The notes under the pieces were generated by a model. It had not been told where the DNA came from, did no database searches, and saw only the letters and a program-made list of their open reading frames with translations. This document shows, in pieces, positions 38,699 to 48,266 of a DNA stretch of 64,000 nt. The position numbers were made by a program, and so were the translations under genes. Position 1 is the first letter of the stretch, and every line of letters begins with the position of its first letter. Where the stretch lies: assembly GCA_045568235.1 (NCBI GenBank), contig JBJLBJ010000026.1, positions 2,103 through 66,102 on the forward strand. Reading direction: 5' to 3'. The stretch is from Candidatus Thalassarchaeaceae archaeon (GTDB lineage Archaea; Thermoplasmatota; Poseidoniia; Poseidoniales; Thalassarchaeaceae).

Positions 38699-39646
38699 AT
38701 GAGGGCCATTATATCGTTCTTGGCAGTTGCATTTATATTGACTCCAGTTGTATCTATTGCCACAGATTCATCGAATATAGAAACATGGGAAAATGCAAGA
38801 TATAAGCAAAATTCAGGTACACTTGGAGGAATTTCAATATCTTTATCCAATAATTCCTTAGTTCATGATTCTACGATGAATATTGAAGATTTTCCAACCA
38901 TCATCGAGACTTACACTGCAACTTGGTGTGAAAACTGTGTGATGGTTGAACAAAAAAGAAATGAAGCCATAGGCAATAACAGTGCAACAGTGATACATTA
39001 TCACAGACACTATTATGAAACCCAAGATCCATTTGGAGATAATAGTACAGAAAATAGATGGGAATTAAATTATGGTGCATCTTCAACAAATTCTCTTGGG
39101 GCTTCAAGATTAGCTCCTACAACCGTCATCGACGGTGAACGAATGCACCCCGGCCATCGTCCAAAAACCAGTACTTTGGAGAATGATTTTATCACTTCCA
39201 TCTCTGTAGGTTCTACTGCACCTCTTTATGGGAATATTAGTCTATCAGTAACTAAAAATGATTTCGCAACTCAAGATATTGAAAAATCCTCTATATTTTC
39301 CTGGTCTACATCTACTTTGATGCCTATTTGTGCTGATGATTGTCGAAATGCTGTTTCAACATCAGCATGGCTATTATTCGTTGAAGATGTGGCATATTTC
39401 CCAGAGGGATCTAATGATTTAGAGTACTATCACAATGTCCTGCATCATGTGATTTTACTTGAGGAATTAGATGGTTCAATGAATTACTCTTATCCTTCTG
39501 CATGGGATGATGATGATATGAATGTAATATTAATTGTAGATTGGGTTGAAGAAAATAATAGCAATAATTTCTTTCCAGGGCCTTCTATGATTTTAACCAT
39601 ATTTTGTCTTTTAATTTCTTCACTGGTTTACTCAAAAAAGAACTAA
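38699..39646 (+). CDS. secreted, C-terminally anchored protein with thioredoxin-like WCxxC motif
   Basis: ATG 38699 gives MRAIISFLAVAFILTPVVSIA (signal). TYTATWCENCVMVEQ is a CxxC in a Trx-like context. The C-terminal TM is MILTIFCLLISSLVY-SKKN. Confidence 0.5.
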   Translation: MRAIISFLAVAFILTPVVSIATDSSNIETWENARYKQNSGTLGGISISLSNNSLVHDSTMNIEDFPTIIETYTATWCENCVMVEQKRNEAIGNNSATVIHYHRHYYETQDPFGDNSTENRWELNYGASSTNSLGASRLAPTTVIDGERMHPGHRPKTSTLENDFITSISVGSTAPLYGNISLSVTKNDFATQDIEKSSIFSWSTSTLMPICADDCRNAVSTSAWLLFVEDVAYFPEGSNDLEYYHNVLHHVILLEELDGSMNYSYPSAWDDDDMNVILIVDWVEENNSNNFFPGPSMILTIFCLLISSLVYSKKN

Positions 39647-39705
39647 TTATGCCACTTCTAATCGAAACTATTAGTTGGGTTCAATAACCCCCTCCTTTAT
39701 GGGAT

Positions 39706-42700
39706 ATGCTCGGTGATGTGATGTTGTTAAGAGAGAATTACTCTGTTACTAACGAACTAGTCTCTGAAGGCAACCTTTCTGAGTGGTTAAAAGAGCACAT
39801 CAAATGGCAAGCAATTAGTCCAAATTCTATACCTGAAGAAAGGAAAAATAAGATAATGATAATTTATCCTTCCGAAGAATCAAGAACACAGTCTTTATCT
39901 GAATTAAGTCTTGAAGGTTTTGCATTCGATAGGAAACTTCATCATACAATAAATTCATTATTAATCTCATTATTAGCAGATTTCAGATTTCCAAGATTAT
40001 TACCTGTAAAGGAAGAGTTTAGTATTATTTTACACGAAGAATGTAGAAAAGCAGCTAAAAAATTATCATTTCCTATAATAAATCCTATTCCTGAAATGGA
40101 GTGGGGTAGAGGAAAAACAACTGCATTAGCTACATTACATGAATATCTTTCGAATGAAAATAATGTTGAATCATGGAACGGACCAGGTCTGACCTCTTTT
40201 AGAAAAATACTGAAGAACCTTGAGCAAAAAACAGGAAGGACACATCCAGATATGGCAATAAAAAGAATTATTGATAGATTATCGACCTCCGATAAACCAT
40301 TTTCTTTGATTGATGTTGAAGGAATAATAATGTTAAATCATCCTCCTGGGTTGTCTAAATCTCATCAAGAATTATTATTATCCATATCTAATCACTGCCC
40401 CATTCACCAATTAGTGTATCCTGGAAATTTTAGACTTGGACACCATGGTTTTTCATTAATCGATAAACATCCCATAAATTCCTCTAATGAGTTACCTAAA
40501 TGGATTCCTTTGCATGATATTGAGATTAAAAAACAACAGTCTAATGTTTCAAGATACATCCTTCAAAGAGAAGATCATTCTTTTGATTCTGCTATTGCTC
40601 TTACACACCAATTTCTCAAAAAAGATTCTAAGTCAACCGTCATAATTGTTGACCCTTCTTTAGATTCAAATATTTCTAGATGGAAAAGATTGGTTGAAAA
40701 TATTGGTTTATCGATGAAAGAAAATAATAAATCAATCACCAGCGATTCCTACGGGCATTGGCTTAAACAGTTAATTACATTAGGTCATGGTGCAAATAGT
40801 TTCTCTTTAGAATCCTTAAGAACTATCGCTCTCCAAGAAATCATATCTCCTTTTGAATCAAACATAACTCACCCAACAAACTCTGAAATTATGTCGATTC
40901 CAGATTTACAATTGTTGACTAATTTAGCCAGGAGTGAGCATATCTTAGGTGGCCCAGGGGCTCTCAGGAGATGGTTAGAATCCCTTTCCAGACCTTCAAA
41001 TTCTGAAATTGATGAGATTAAGAAGGAGTCAACACAGTGGTGGCTGTTGAATCTTGCTAAATCCCTCCAATCACTACTCAGAGAAGAAGATATTTTAGCC
41101 TTGAAGGAAAAAAACCTACTTACAGGATGTCATTCAAAAATTCTATTACCATTGAATGAATCAAGTATTGATGGCGATAAATGGATATTAAATCGATTCA
41201 AATCATCCAATAAGTCGCTATCCTCTGAGTATATGGACGATTCTGTAGGCAAATCTCTTGTTATCCAAACACTTCTAACATCTCATCAAGAATTAAGAAA
41301 TATGCAATTCAATTTGAAACATAACTATCCAAAGAGTGGGGCAGATTGGGTTGAAGAATATCTAACTTTGATTAATTCTGTTTCACTACCAGATAACCAA
41401 CTAAAAAGTGGTTCTAGATTAAGAATACTTACTCCCGATCAAGCAATTGGTTGTTCGGCCGATTTAATCATTTTAGCAAATTTATCTAGTTCATCATGGG
41501 ATATGAGAGTTTCTAAGTTACCATTTATGGGAGAAGAAGAAAGACATAAATTGAATTTGCTGAGGCCGGATGGACCGATTAGAAAAGCTAGACATTTCCT
41601 AAATCACTTATTATTTGCTGGAAAAGAGACTATAATTCTAGACCCAAGTTTAGATGACTCAGCCCCTCCCACAGCCCCAATCAGAGAATGGATCTTATCG
41701 AATGAAAATATAGAAGAATTAATATTAGAACTCAATCCAACTAGTCCAAGAGATATTCGCCAGTTAGATGGTGATAAATTAATAAAAGGTATTGAGACAC
41801 AAAAATCACCAATTAATCCTAGTTCGATATCCATTCCTCTTGATGTTCAATTACAACGTGAGCGAGAAAGAAGACAACCGGAAATAGTAGATGATAATCA
41901 CTACTTATCGTTTGAATCACGAGATCATATTTTTTATCTTGATTATTCCGATTTATCTAGAAAAACTCCTAATGGGAAAACAATACCTAGAGAATTTTCT
42001 TCATGGCCAGTAATCGGAGGTATTACTAAAGAGGGAAAAAGAACTCCTACTATAGACCCTAGGCCATTCACTCCGACATCGACAGGAGTTAATGTCAGTG
42101 ATTCACGACATGGCCATGGAACTGGAGTAGAACAAAAGGTAACAATCTGGTCAGCTAGTAGATTACATGATTGGCTAAAATGCCCAAGAAGTGGTTGGTT
42201 GAATAGAGGACTCAGGGCTGACCAAGAAGAACTACAATCTGAAGATTTAGATTTACGAACTCATGGCAACCTTCTTCATTTTATACACCATGATATTTTA
42301 TGCCACATATTAAGTATGAAAATAGGTGAAGAGTTTGATAGTATTAATAATAAAAGAGAAAATATCAGTGTTGGAAACTCATGTCTATCAAAAAATGAAG
42401 TTATGAAAGTAGCATTAGAATCACTAGATTCAAGAGCACCTTGGTTAGATCGTACAGATGCGGTTTCTATCCATAGACTTCAGGTTCTTACTGGAATGAA
42501 CAGAGATCAGTATAATGATTGGCTTGCAAATCCTATTCCTGTAGAACCCAAAGGAAGAATTGGAACAATAGTAGAGGCTGAATTTAGTATATCTGATGGA
42601 ATGCCAATAGGTATTGAATGGGATATTAATGATCATAATGAGAATGGGATAGAGATTCATATCCCATCAGAGATCACCAGTCCTGATATGCAAAAACTAC

Positions 42701-43290
42701 CTCCAATAAAAGTAAGAGGTCAAATAGATAGAGTCGATCAAGTACCATTTGATAAAGATGGTAAAATATGGTTAAATAAAGATGGAGATAATAGCATAGC
42801 TCCTCTAAAATTAACTGATAGTGATTGGAAACCAAAAAGATTGATAATTATAAGAGATTTGAAAACTTCCGATTCTAAATCATCAAAAGAGAGGCATAAT
42901 GTTGGACTTTTAGAAGAATTACAATTAGCCATTTATGCCAGAGCATGGGAAATTTCACACCCCGGCGATCTTGTAGTTGGTGTTGGAATATCACTTTTTA
43001 GTCATAACACATCTCATAATCTAGAAACATCTAATGTCTTTCCACATATCAATAAATTAGATATTGGTATCATTTCAAGAATAACAGAAGACTTATACAG
43101 ATTTCCAAATGAAGATAATAGCCCCAGTAGTGATCAATTTAGAGCATGGCTAACTCACCGACTGTCAGTTTCTTTGGGAGTTGCTAATAATGCTACATTA
43201 GGAAAGGTACACCCTACTCCTTCAAAGAAAGTTTGTACTTATTGTTCAGTGAAACAAATATGTGATGTTAAGATGGAGGACAATTTTTGA
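39706..43290 (+). CDS. AddB-like subunit: degenerate helicase-like N-terminal region plus C-terminal PD-(D/E)XK nuclease with 4-Cys (Fe-S) cluster motif
   Basis: 1194 aa. I see no canonical Walker A. C-terminal nuclease blocks are SASRLHDWLKCPRSGW (Cys1), GQIDRVDQ (motif II Asp), IIIRDLKTS (DxK), LQLAIYARAW (QxxxY) and CTYCSVKQIC (CxxCx5C). It is translationally coupled to the next gene. Confidence 0.65.
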   Translation: MLGDVMLLRENYSVTNELVSEGNLSEWLKEHIKWQAISPNSIPEERKNKIMIIYPSEESRTQSLSELSLEGFAFDRKLHHTINSLLISLLADFRFPRLLPVKEEFSIILHEECRKAAKKLSFPIINPIPEMEWGRGKTTALATLHEYLSNENNVESWNGPGLTSFRKILKNLEQKTGRTHPDMAIKRIIDRLSTSDKPFSLIDVEGIIMLNHPPGLSKSHQELLLSISNHCPIHQLVYPGNFRLGHHGFSLIDKHPINSSNELPKWIPLHDIEIKKQQSNVSRYILQREDHSFDSAIALTHQFLKKDSKSTVIIVDPSLDSNISRWKRLVENIGLSMKENNKSITSDSYGHWLKQLITLGHGANSFSLESLRTIALQEIISPFESNITHPTNSEIMSIPDLQLLTNLARSEHILGGPGALRRWLESLSRPSNSEIDEIKKESTQWWLLNLAKSLQSLLREEDILALKEKNLLTGCHSKILLPLNESSIDGDKWILNRFKSSNKSLSSEYMDDSVGKSLVIQTLLTSHQELRNMQFNLKHNYPKSGADWVEEYLTLINSVSLPDNQLKSGSRLRILTPDQAIGCSADLIILANLSSSSWDMRVSKLPFMGEEERHKLNLLRPDGPIRKARHFLNHLLFAGKETIILDPSLDDSAPPTAPIREWILSNENIEELILELNPTSPRDIRQLDGDKLIKGIETQKSPINPSSISIPLDVQLQRERERRQPEIVDDNHYLSFESRDHIFYLDYSDLSRKTPNGKTIPREFSSWPVIGGITKEGKRTPTIDPRPFTPTSTGVNVSDSRHGHGTGVEQKVTIWSASRLHDWLKCPRSGWLNRGLRADQEELQSEDLDLRTHGNLLHFIHHDILCHILSMKIGEEFDSINNKRENISVGNSCLSKNEVMKVALESLDSRAPWLDRTDAVSIHRLQVLTGMNRDQYNDWLANPIPVEPKGRIGTIVEAEFSISDGMPIGIEWDINDHNENGIEIHIPSEITSPDMQKLPPIKVRGQIDRVDQVPFDKDGKIWLNKDGDNSIAPLKLTDSDWKPKRLIIIRDLKTSDSKSSKERHNVGLLEELQLAIYARAWEISHPGDLVVGVGISLFSHNTSHNLETSNVFPHINKLDIGIISRITEDLYRFPNEDNSPSSDQFRAWLTHRLSVSLGVANNATLGKVHPTPSKKVCTYCSVKQICDVKMEDNF

Positions 43291-46200
43291 TGCGTCTAAA
43301 TACAGCTCAACGTTTAGCCCTGAATCTTGATTCACATATTGTGGTCGATGCGGGTGCAGGAACTGGTAAAACAAGTACTATTATTGATAGGGTAATAGAA
43401 CATTACCTCACAGAAGATCAACGTGCAACTAGAATTTTACCTATGCCAGAAAGACCATCGAAATTAGAAGGTGGTCTATTGGTTTCTCCTTCATCAGAAA
43501 CCACCGATCTTCGTAAATGGAAAGGACTTCTTCCTGGCGAGGTTGTTTTACTTACATTTACCAATAGAGCATCAGATGAAATGCGTGATAGATTAAGGAA
43601 ACGTATTTCAAAATTAAAACCAGGGCCAGTAAGTGACGATGGAATAACTAGAACAGATCCTAGAATCCGCCATCAGGGATTCAATGAACAACTTTTGACA
43701 CTCCTAGAAGATGCTCCAATTGGAACTATAGACGCATTTTTCAATCAATTAATATCTCCATATAGGGGCTATTTAGGAGATTTTAATACTAAAGATATAA
43801 TTTCTGATACTAACCGAATACTCTTAGTAGAATCTGCAATTAATACTCTTTGGAGACTTCCAAACTCAATTAATTTAATCGGAGAGTCAGTTGATGCAGG
43901 AATACCTTCAGAGATAGCTTCACAAGTGCTAGATGCTAGAGATAGTATTTCTAGACATTATTCAAGTAGAAGAAGTGCAACAAACGTCCTAAGAAGTTTA
44001 GTCTATAAATCAATATTCATCGAGGAAAGCACAAGACTGATTACTAATAAAGATGGAAAAGTCAATCCAGAATCACTTAAAGAAAGAATTATTATATCTA
44101 TAGATCAAGAAGATTTAACAAATTTTTCAAGAGAACTGTTTGCTTTGGTGACAAAATACTGTGATTTCATTAAAGAAAACATTACTGTTCTAGCACCAGA
44201 AGGAGTATTTTCTGATACAAGAATAGCATGTCTTGATTCTCTTTGTGAGTCACAACCTCCTACTGATAAGTGGAGACAATTAGTTCGACTTGGTCATTTG
44301 TTACTTTGCATTACTTCTGATGCATCAATAATGAGTAACAAACCATCTATTTTTCCAAATTCTAAGTTGCCTTCAGATACATGGGAAAGTGGAATTAGAA
44401 ATTATTCTGAAATTGAAAATAAAACAACAAAAGAAACCGTTAAAAATGGTCTGAAAGAACTATCTTCTCAGATCAAAAATCTATGGTATAAAAAGATTGG
44501 AAAACTTATTCTACACTTCACTCAAGTTACACTAATGCTTGATAATTCTAATCCTCCTATGACTTCTGCGGATTGGCAACATCCTTTACAACCACTTCCA
44601 TTTCCTCTTCCTAGCAGATTATCAAACGATTCAAAAATTAATAAATTTCATTTCACATTACAGGCAGAAGTAGATAATCTAGATAATTTAAAATTAGTAC
44701 ATGATGGCTTTTTAGGAATCTTAAAAAACCTGAAGAAAAATGAAGAAACACATGATTATGTTGATGTCCAAAGATTAACTGGAGATTTACTACTTGCAAA
44801 TTGTCCCAACGTCTGTCGAACCTTTTATCCACAATCAATACAAGATGCTTTGAATTCTCTAAATACGGAAACATGGCGTGATGATCATATAAATGAAGCA
44901 TTTTCTATATTAGAAAAATTAGAAAATAATGCAAAAAGAGCTAGTAATTATCCAGAAAAACTATCTACAATTCGTTTAGACTTAACCCAACGTTATGATC
45001 TATTGAAAAAAATTAGACGTCGCTATCGCGCTTTCATCATAGACGAAGCACAAGACAACTCTCCTTTACAATGGAGACTTCTTTCTAGACTATGGGGTGA
45101 GCGGGCTATTCAAGATGACGATCCTGAAGTACCAAATACACCATGGCAACCAACCATTTGCTATGTCGGTGATGTAAAGCAAAGTATCTACGCATTTAGA
45201 CAAGCAGAAGTTACAGGATTTCTGGAGTATTCGAGAATCTTAAGGGATATTAATGAACATGAATTTTCTAGTGTAAAGGAATTAACCCGTAAACCACCTT
45301 TACGTAAGTCAGATTCAAGCCGAGATCCAAGAAATTCTTACAATTTGAATATAGTAAAGGGCATTGAAGTAACTGAAGAAGGCGGTCGAAATTTAATACC
45401 ATGGATACCATTTGATTTATCTGACCCTCATCTTCCTATACCGACTTCACAAGAGGTAGAACATAGAAAACAAGGGCTAATTAGTTTACAGATTAATTAC
45501 AGAACTGATGGAGGTTTACTAAATGTAATGAATGAATGGTGGCAAGACATCTTCAATGAAAAACATAGACACTTACCTAATGGTAATTTCTATGCAAAAC
45601 CACAGCGTCTATTTCCAAGTAGAGACAAAATAAATGCTCAAGGGTCATTAGAATGGATATGTCCTTTAGGAATAGGGGGCGAAAAAAACCCTCCTACTGA
45701 TTTAAGAATACCACTTGATCCATTTGGGCCTGGAAAACCAGATTCTATTGAAAGACAGAGTATGATGATAGCACTACGAATAAAAAAATTAATTGAAGGT
45801 AAATCAATAAAAATTCTCTCATCTGAAGGGAATTGGATAGAATTACCGGCGGAAGAACCCGTAGAACCTAGTGAAATAATGATACTATTACCAAGTAGAA
45901 GTAAAATTAGAGATGTTATAATCCGTCATTTGCACAATTTAGGAATTCCTGCACAGGCTGATCGCGAGGGAGGATTACTTGATCGTCCAGCAGCTCATAC
46001 AATAGAAGGTTTATTGCAATTTATTGCACGACCATTTTCCAGACATCATGCTTCTTGGGTCGCAAGGTCTTCTTTGATCGGCTTCGATGATACTAAACTA
46101 CAAGAATACCTTTTTTACTCTAGAAAAGAAGAGAACTTACTAATCAGATTAAGAGATTTTGCAATCAATGAGAGGCAAAAAGAATTAGTACAAAGATGGA

Positions 46201-48221
46201 TAGATCTTTCCTCAGCAGGACGTATAGTGGATCTTTTAGAAGAAACAGTAGATAGATCGGATATTCTAATGGCATTTCCAGATATAGTCTCGCGTCAAGA
46301 CATAGAACAAATAATAGATATTATCAGAAATTTATCTAGAGAAGTTGGAGGGGATTCAATTGTTTTAGCAGATAAAATACGTGATTTAAGAGAAAGTGGC
46401 GGCAATTCTCTGGAAGCAGTGACCATCCCTCCAAGTGACGCAGTCAGAGTAATGACTATACATGGGTCAAAAGGACTACAAGCCAAAGTAGTTATTCTTG
46501 CAGATTTATTTTCTGGGCGTCAAACTAATATGACTATAGATGATAGAAATAGACTCATTGTAACGCCGGAGCTTTTCGCAGGTAATCCAAAACCTTGGTC
46601 CAATGAATTATCTCCATTATCCGCTCTATGGAAACATGTCAGGAAGATTTACCAAGCTCGTAAAAGTGCTGAATCACGCAGACTTCTTTATGTTGGAGCA
46701 ACAAGAGCACAAAACAAACTCATTATAGTAGGATCAACAAAAGGTACTAAATGGGAGGATGGAAAAGGAATAAAATTTCCTTGGACATATTCAGAATCAT
46801 TACCACAGTTAGGTGAAATGTGGATAGAATCATTACGACAAGGATCAGCTAATAGGAATGAGACAGATTCGCCATGGCTCGATCAATCAGATGTTATATC
46901 AGGTGAAATAAATATTAAAACACGCGGATATCGTGAATTTAACCCACATTCATTGTTTTCTAAGGGATTTATAGGCCATTCTAAGTCACCAAATGGATTA
47001 ACATTATTGCACCATCCTGATTGTCTGATTTCAGAAAATAAACCTTCTTCGATTTCAACCCCTTTAAGTAGAATAGAAAATTTAGATGCATTTGCTAGAA
47101 ACTCTATATCAAAACACACAACCTCTTCAATTTCTCCAAGGACAGACTATTCTGCAAGATTGAGGATTGCACCAAGTAGAATCTCAATTATAGAAAAATG
47201 TCCAAGAAGACATTGGTATGAGACAATAGGCGGCTTATCTCCTAAACCCATCATCCCATCAAAGTCTGTAAATTCACCAAATGGACTCCCAGGAGGAATT
47301 GACCCTGCTCTTTTTGGTACAATAGTACATAGGATAATCGAGATAGGTATAGGTAATCCCGGACCAAAAGAAGAATATCCAACGACTCCATTACCTGAAT
47401 CATGGATAAAAAGAGAAATTGATTTAATTGATAGTCCTGAAATACATAATACAGTTTTTGATGAGTTATTGCCCTTAGGAGTAGATCGAGAAAGCACTAT
47501 TCACTTAGTCAACTTAATGATTAATAGGATAAAATCCGGACCTCTTGGTAAACTATCCAGAGGTGAAATCTTTGATGGGCACAGAGTTGAAGGATTAAGA
47601 ACTGAAATGCCATTTAATATTACTAAAAAAATAAATTTAAACGGCCTAGTTCGTAGCCGATGGACTCCTGAGGGATATGAGCCACTATCTAAAATTGAAT
47701 TTGCTAATATTGAAATGAGTGGCCTCATTGATCTTGTACTTTGCACTGTTATTAATGGAAAATCAACTATTCGCCCCATAGATCTCAAAACAGAGGAAGC
47801 GAGTAAATTGATAGATCAAAAAACCGATGGGTTGATTGAAGCATTAGGAGAGAGCACAACTGAACCAAAATGCCAAGCGGAAATAGAAATTTTATTGGAA
47901 CATAGAATGCAACAAGCCCTTTACTATATAGCACTTAAAAATCTTGAAAATGAAAGATCAAAATACGGTTATCCTTCAAGAAAAGTCCTTCCTCCAGCAA
48001 TTTTGATTGGCGTTACAGGAAGATTAGTAGTGTATCCGGATGATATGTTGCAAAATGCATTAGATGATTTAGAAGAAAATTTGATATTAGCAGCCAAAAT
48101 GTCTCTTGGCTCTAATGTATTACTTTCTAACTTCCCTCCTTTAGAATCAAGTAAATCTGAGACATGTCATAAATGTCCCTTTAATCAAGGAGAATTACCT
48201 ATTTGTGGCCCGTTAAATTAA
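43290..48221 (+). CDS. AddA/RecB-like SF1 UvrD-family helicase fused to a Cas4/AddB-type 4-Cys PD-(D/E)XK nuclease
   Basis: ATG 43290 overlaps the upstream TGA (TGATG), with a GGAGGA SD 11 nt upstream. Helicase motifs are DAGAGTGKT (I), LLTFTNRAS (Ia), FIIDEAQDNSP (II), VGDVKQSIYAFRQA (III), VMTIHGSKGLQ (V) and LLYVGATRAQNKL (VI). Nuclease blocks are IIEKCPRRHWYE, GLIDLV, PIDLKT, QQALYY and CHKCPFNQGELPIC. Confidence 0.8.
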   Translation: MRLNTAQRLALNLDSHIVVDAGAGTGKTSTIIDRVIEHYLTEDQRATRILPMPERPSKLEGGLLVSPSSETTDLRKWKGLLPGEVVLLTFTNRASDEMRDRLRKRISKLKPGPVSDDGITRTDPRIRHQGFNEQLLTLLEDAPIGTIDAFFNQLISPYRGYLGDFNTKDIISDTNRILLVESAINTLWRLPNSINLIGESVDAGIPSEIASQVLDARDSISRHYSSRRSATNVLRSLVYKSIFIEESTRLITNKDGKVNPESLKERIIISIDQEDLTNFSRELFALVTKYCDFIKENITVLAPEGVFSDTRIACLDSLCESQPPTDKWRQLVRLGHLLLCITSDASIMSNKPSIFPNSKLPSDTWESGIRNYSEIENKTTKETVKNGLKELSSQIKNLWYKKIGKLILHFTQVTLMLDNSNPPMTSADWQHPLQPLPFPLPSRLSNDSKINKFHFTLQAEVDNLDNLKLVHDGFLGILKNLKKNEETHDYVDVQRLTGDLLLANCPNVCRTFYPQSIQDALNSLNTETWRDDHINEAFSILEKLENNAKRASNYPEKLSTIRLDLTQRYDLLKKIRRRYRAFIIDEAQDNSPLQWRLLSRLWGERAIQDDDPEVPNTPWQPTICYVGDVKQSIYAFRQAEVTGFLEYSRILRDINEHEFSSVKELTRKPPLRKSDSSRDPRNSYNLNIVKGIEVTEEGGRNLIPWIPFDLSDPHLPIPTSQEVEHRKQGLISLQINYRTDGGLLNVMNEWWQDIFNEKHRHLPNGNFYAKPQRLFPSRDKINAQGSLEWICPLGIGGEKNPPTDLRIPLDPFGPGKPDSIERQSMMIALRIKKLIEGKSIKILSSEGNWIELPAEEPVEPSEIMILLPSRSKIRDVIIRHLHNLGIPAQADREGGLLDRPAAHTIEGLLQFIARPFSRHHASWVARSSLIGFDDTKLQEYLFYSRKEENLLIRLRDFAINERQKELVQRWIDLSSAGRIVDLLEETVDRSDILMAFPDIVSRQDIEQIIDIIRNLSREVGGDSIVLADKIRDLRESGGNSLEAVTIPPSDAVRVMTIHGSKGLQAKVVILADLFSGRQTNMTIDDRNRLIVTPELFAGNPKPWSNELSPLSALWKHVRKIYQARKSAESRRLLYVGATRAQNKLIIVGSTKGTKWEDGKGIKFPWTYSESLPQLGEMWIESLRQGSANRNETDSPWLDQSDVISGEINIKTRGYREFNPHSLFSKGFIGHSKSPNGLTLLHHPDCLISENKPSSISTPLSRIENLDAFARNSISKHTTSSISPRTDYSARLRIAPSRISIIEKCPRRHWYETIGGLSPKPIIPSKSVNSPNGLPGGIDPALFGTIVHRIIEIGIGNPGPKEEYPTTPLPESWIKREIDLIDSPEIHNTVFDELLPLGVDRESTIHLVNLMINRIKSGPLGKLSRGEIFDGHRVEGLRTEMPFNITKKINLNGLVRSRWTPEGYEPLSKIEFANIEMSGLIDLVLCTVINGKSTIRPIDLKTEEASKLIDQKTDGLIEALGESTTEPKCQAEIEILLEHRMQQALYYIALKNLENERSKYGYPSRKVLPPAILIGVTGRLVVYPDDMLQNALDDLEENLILAAKMSLGSNVLLSNFPPLESSKSETCHKCPFNQGELPICGPLN

Positions 48222-48266
48222 CTAATTAAACGAAGAATACATTTGCAAGGTAGTAGACAGGACATC

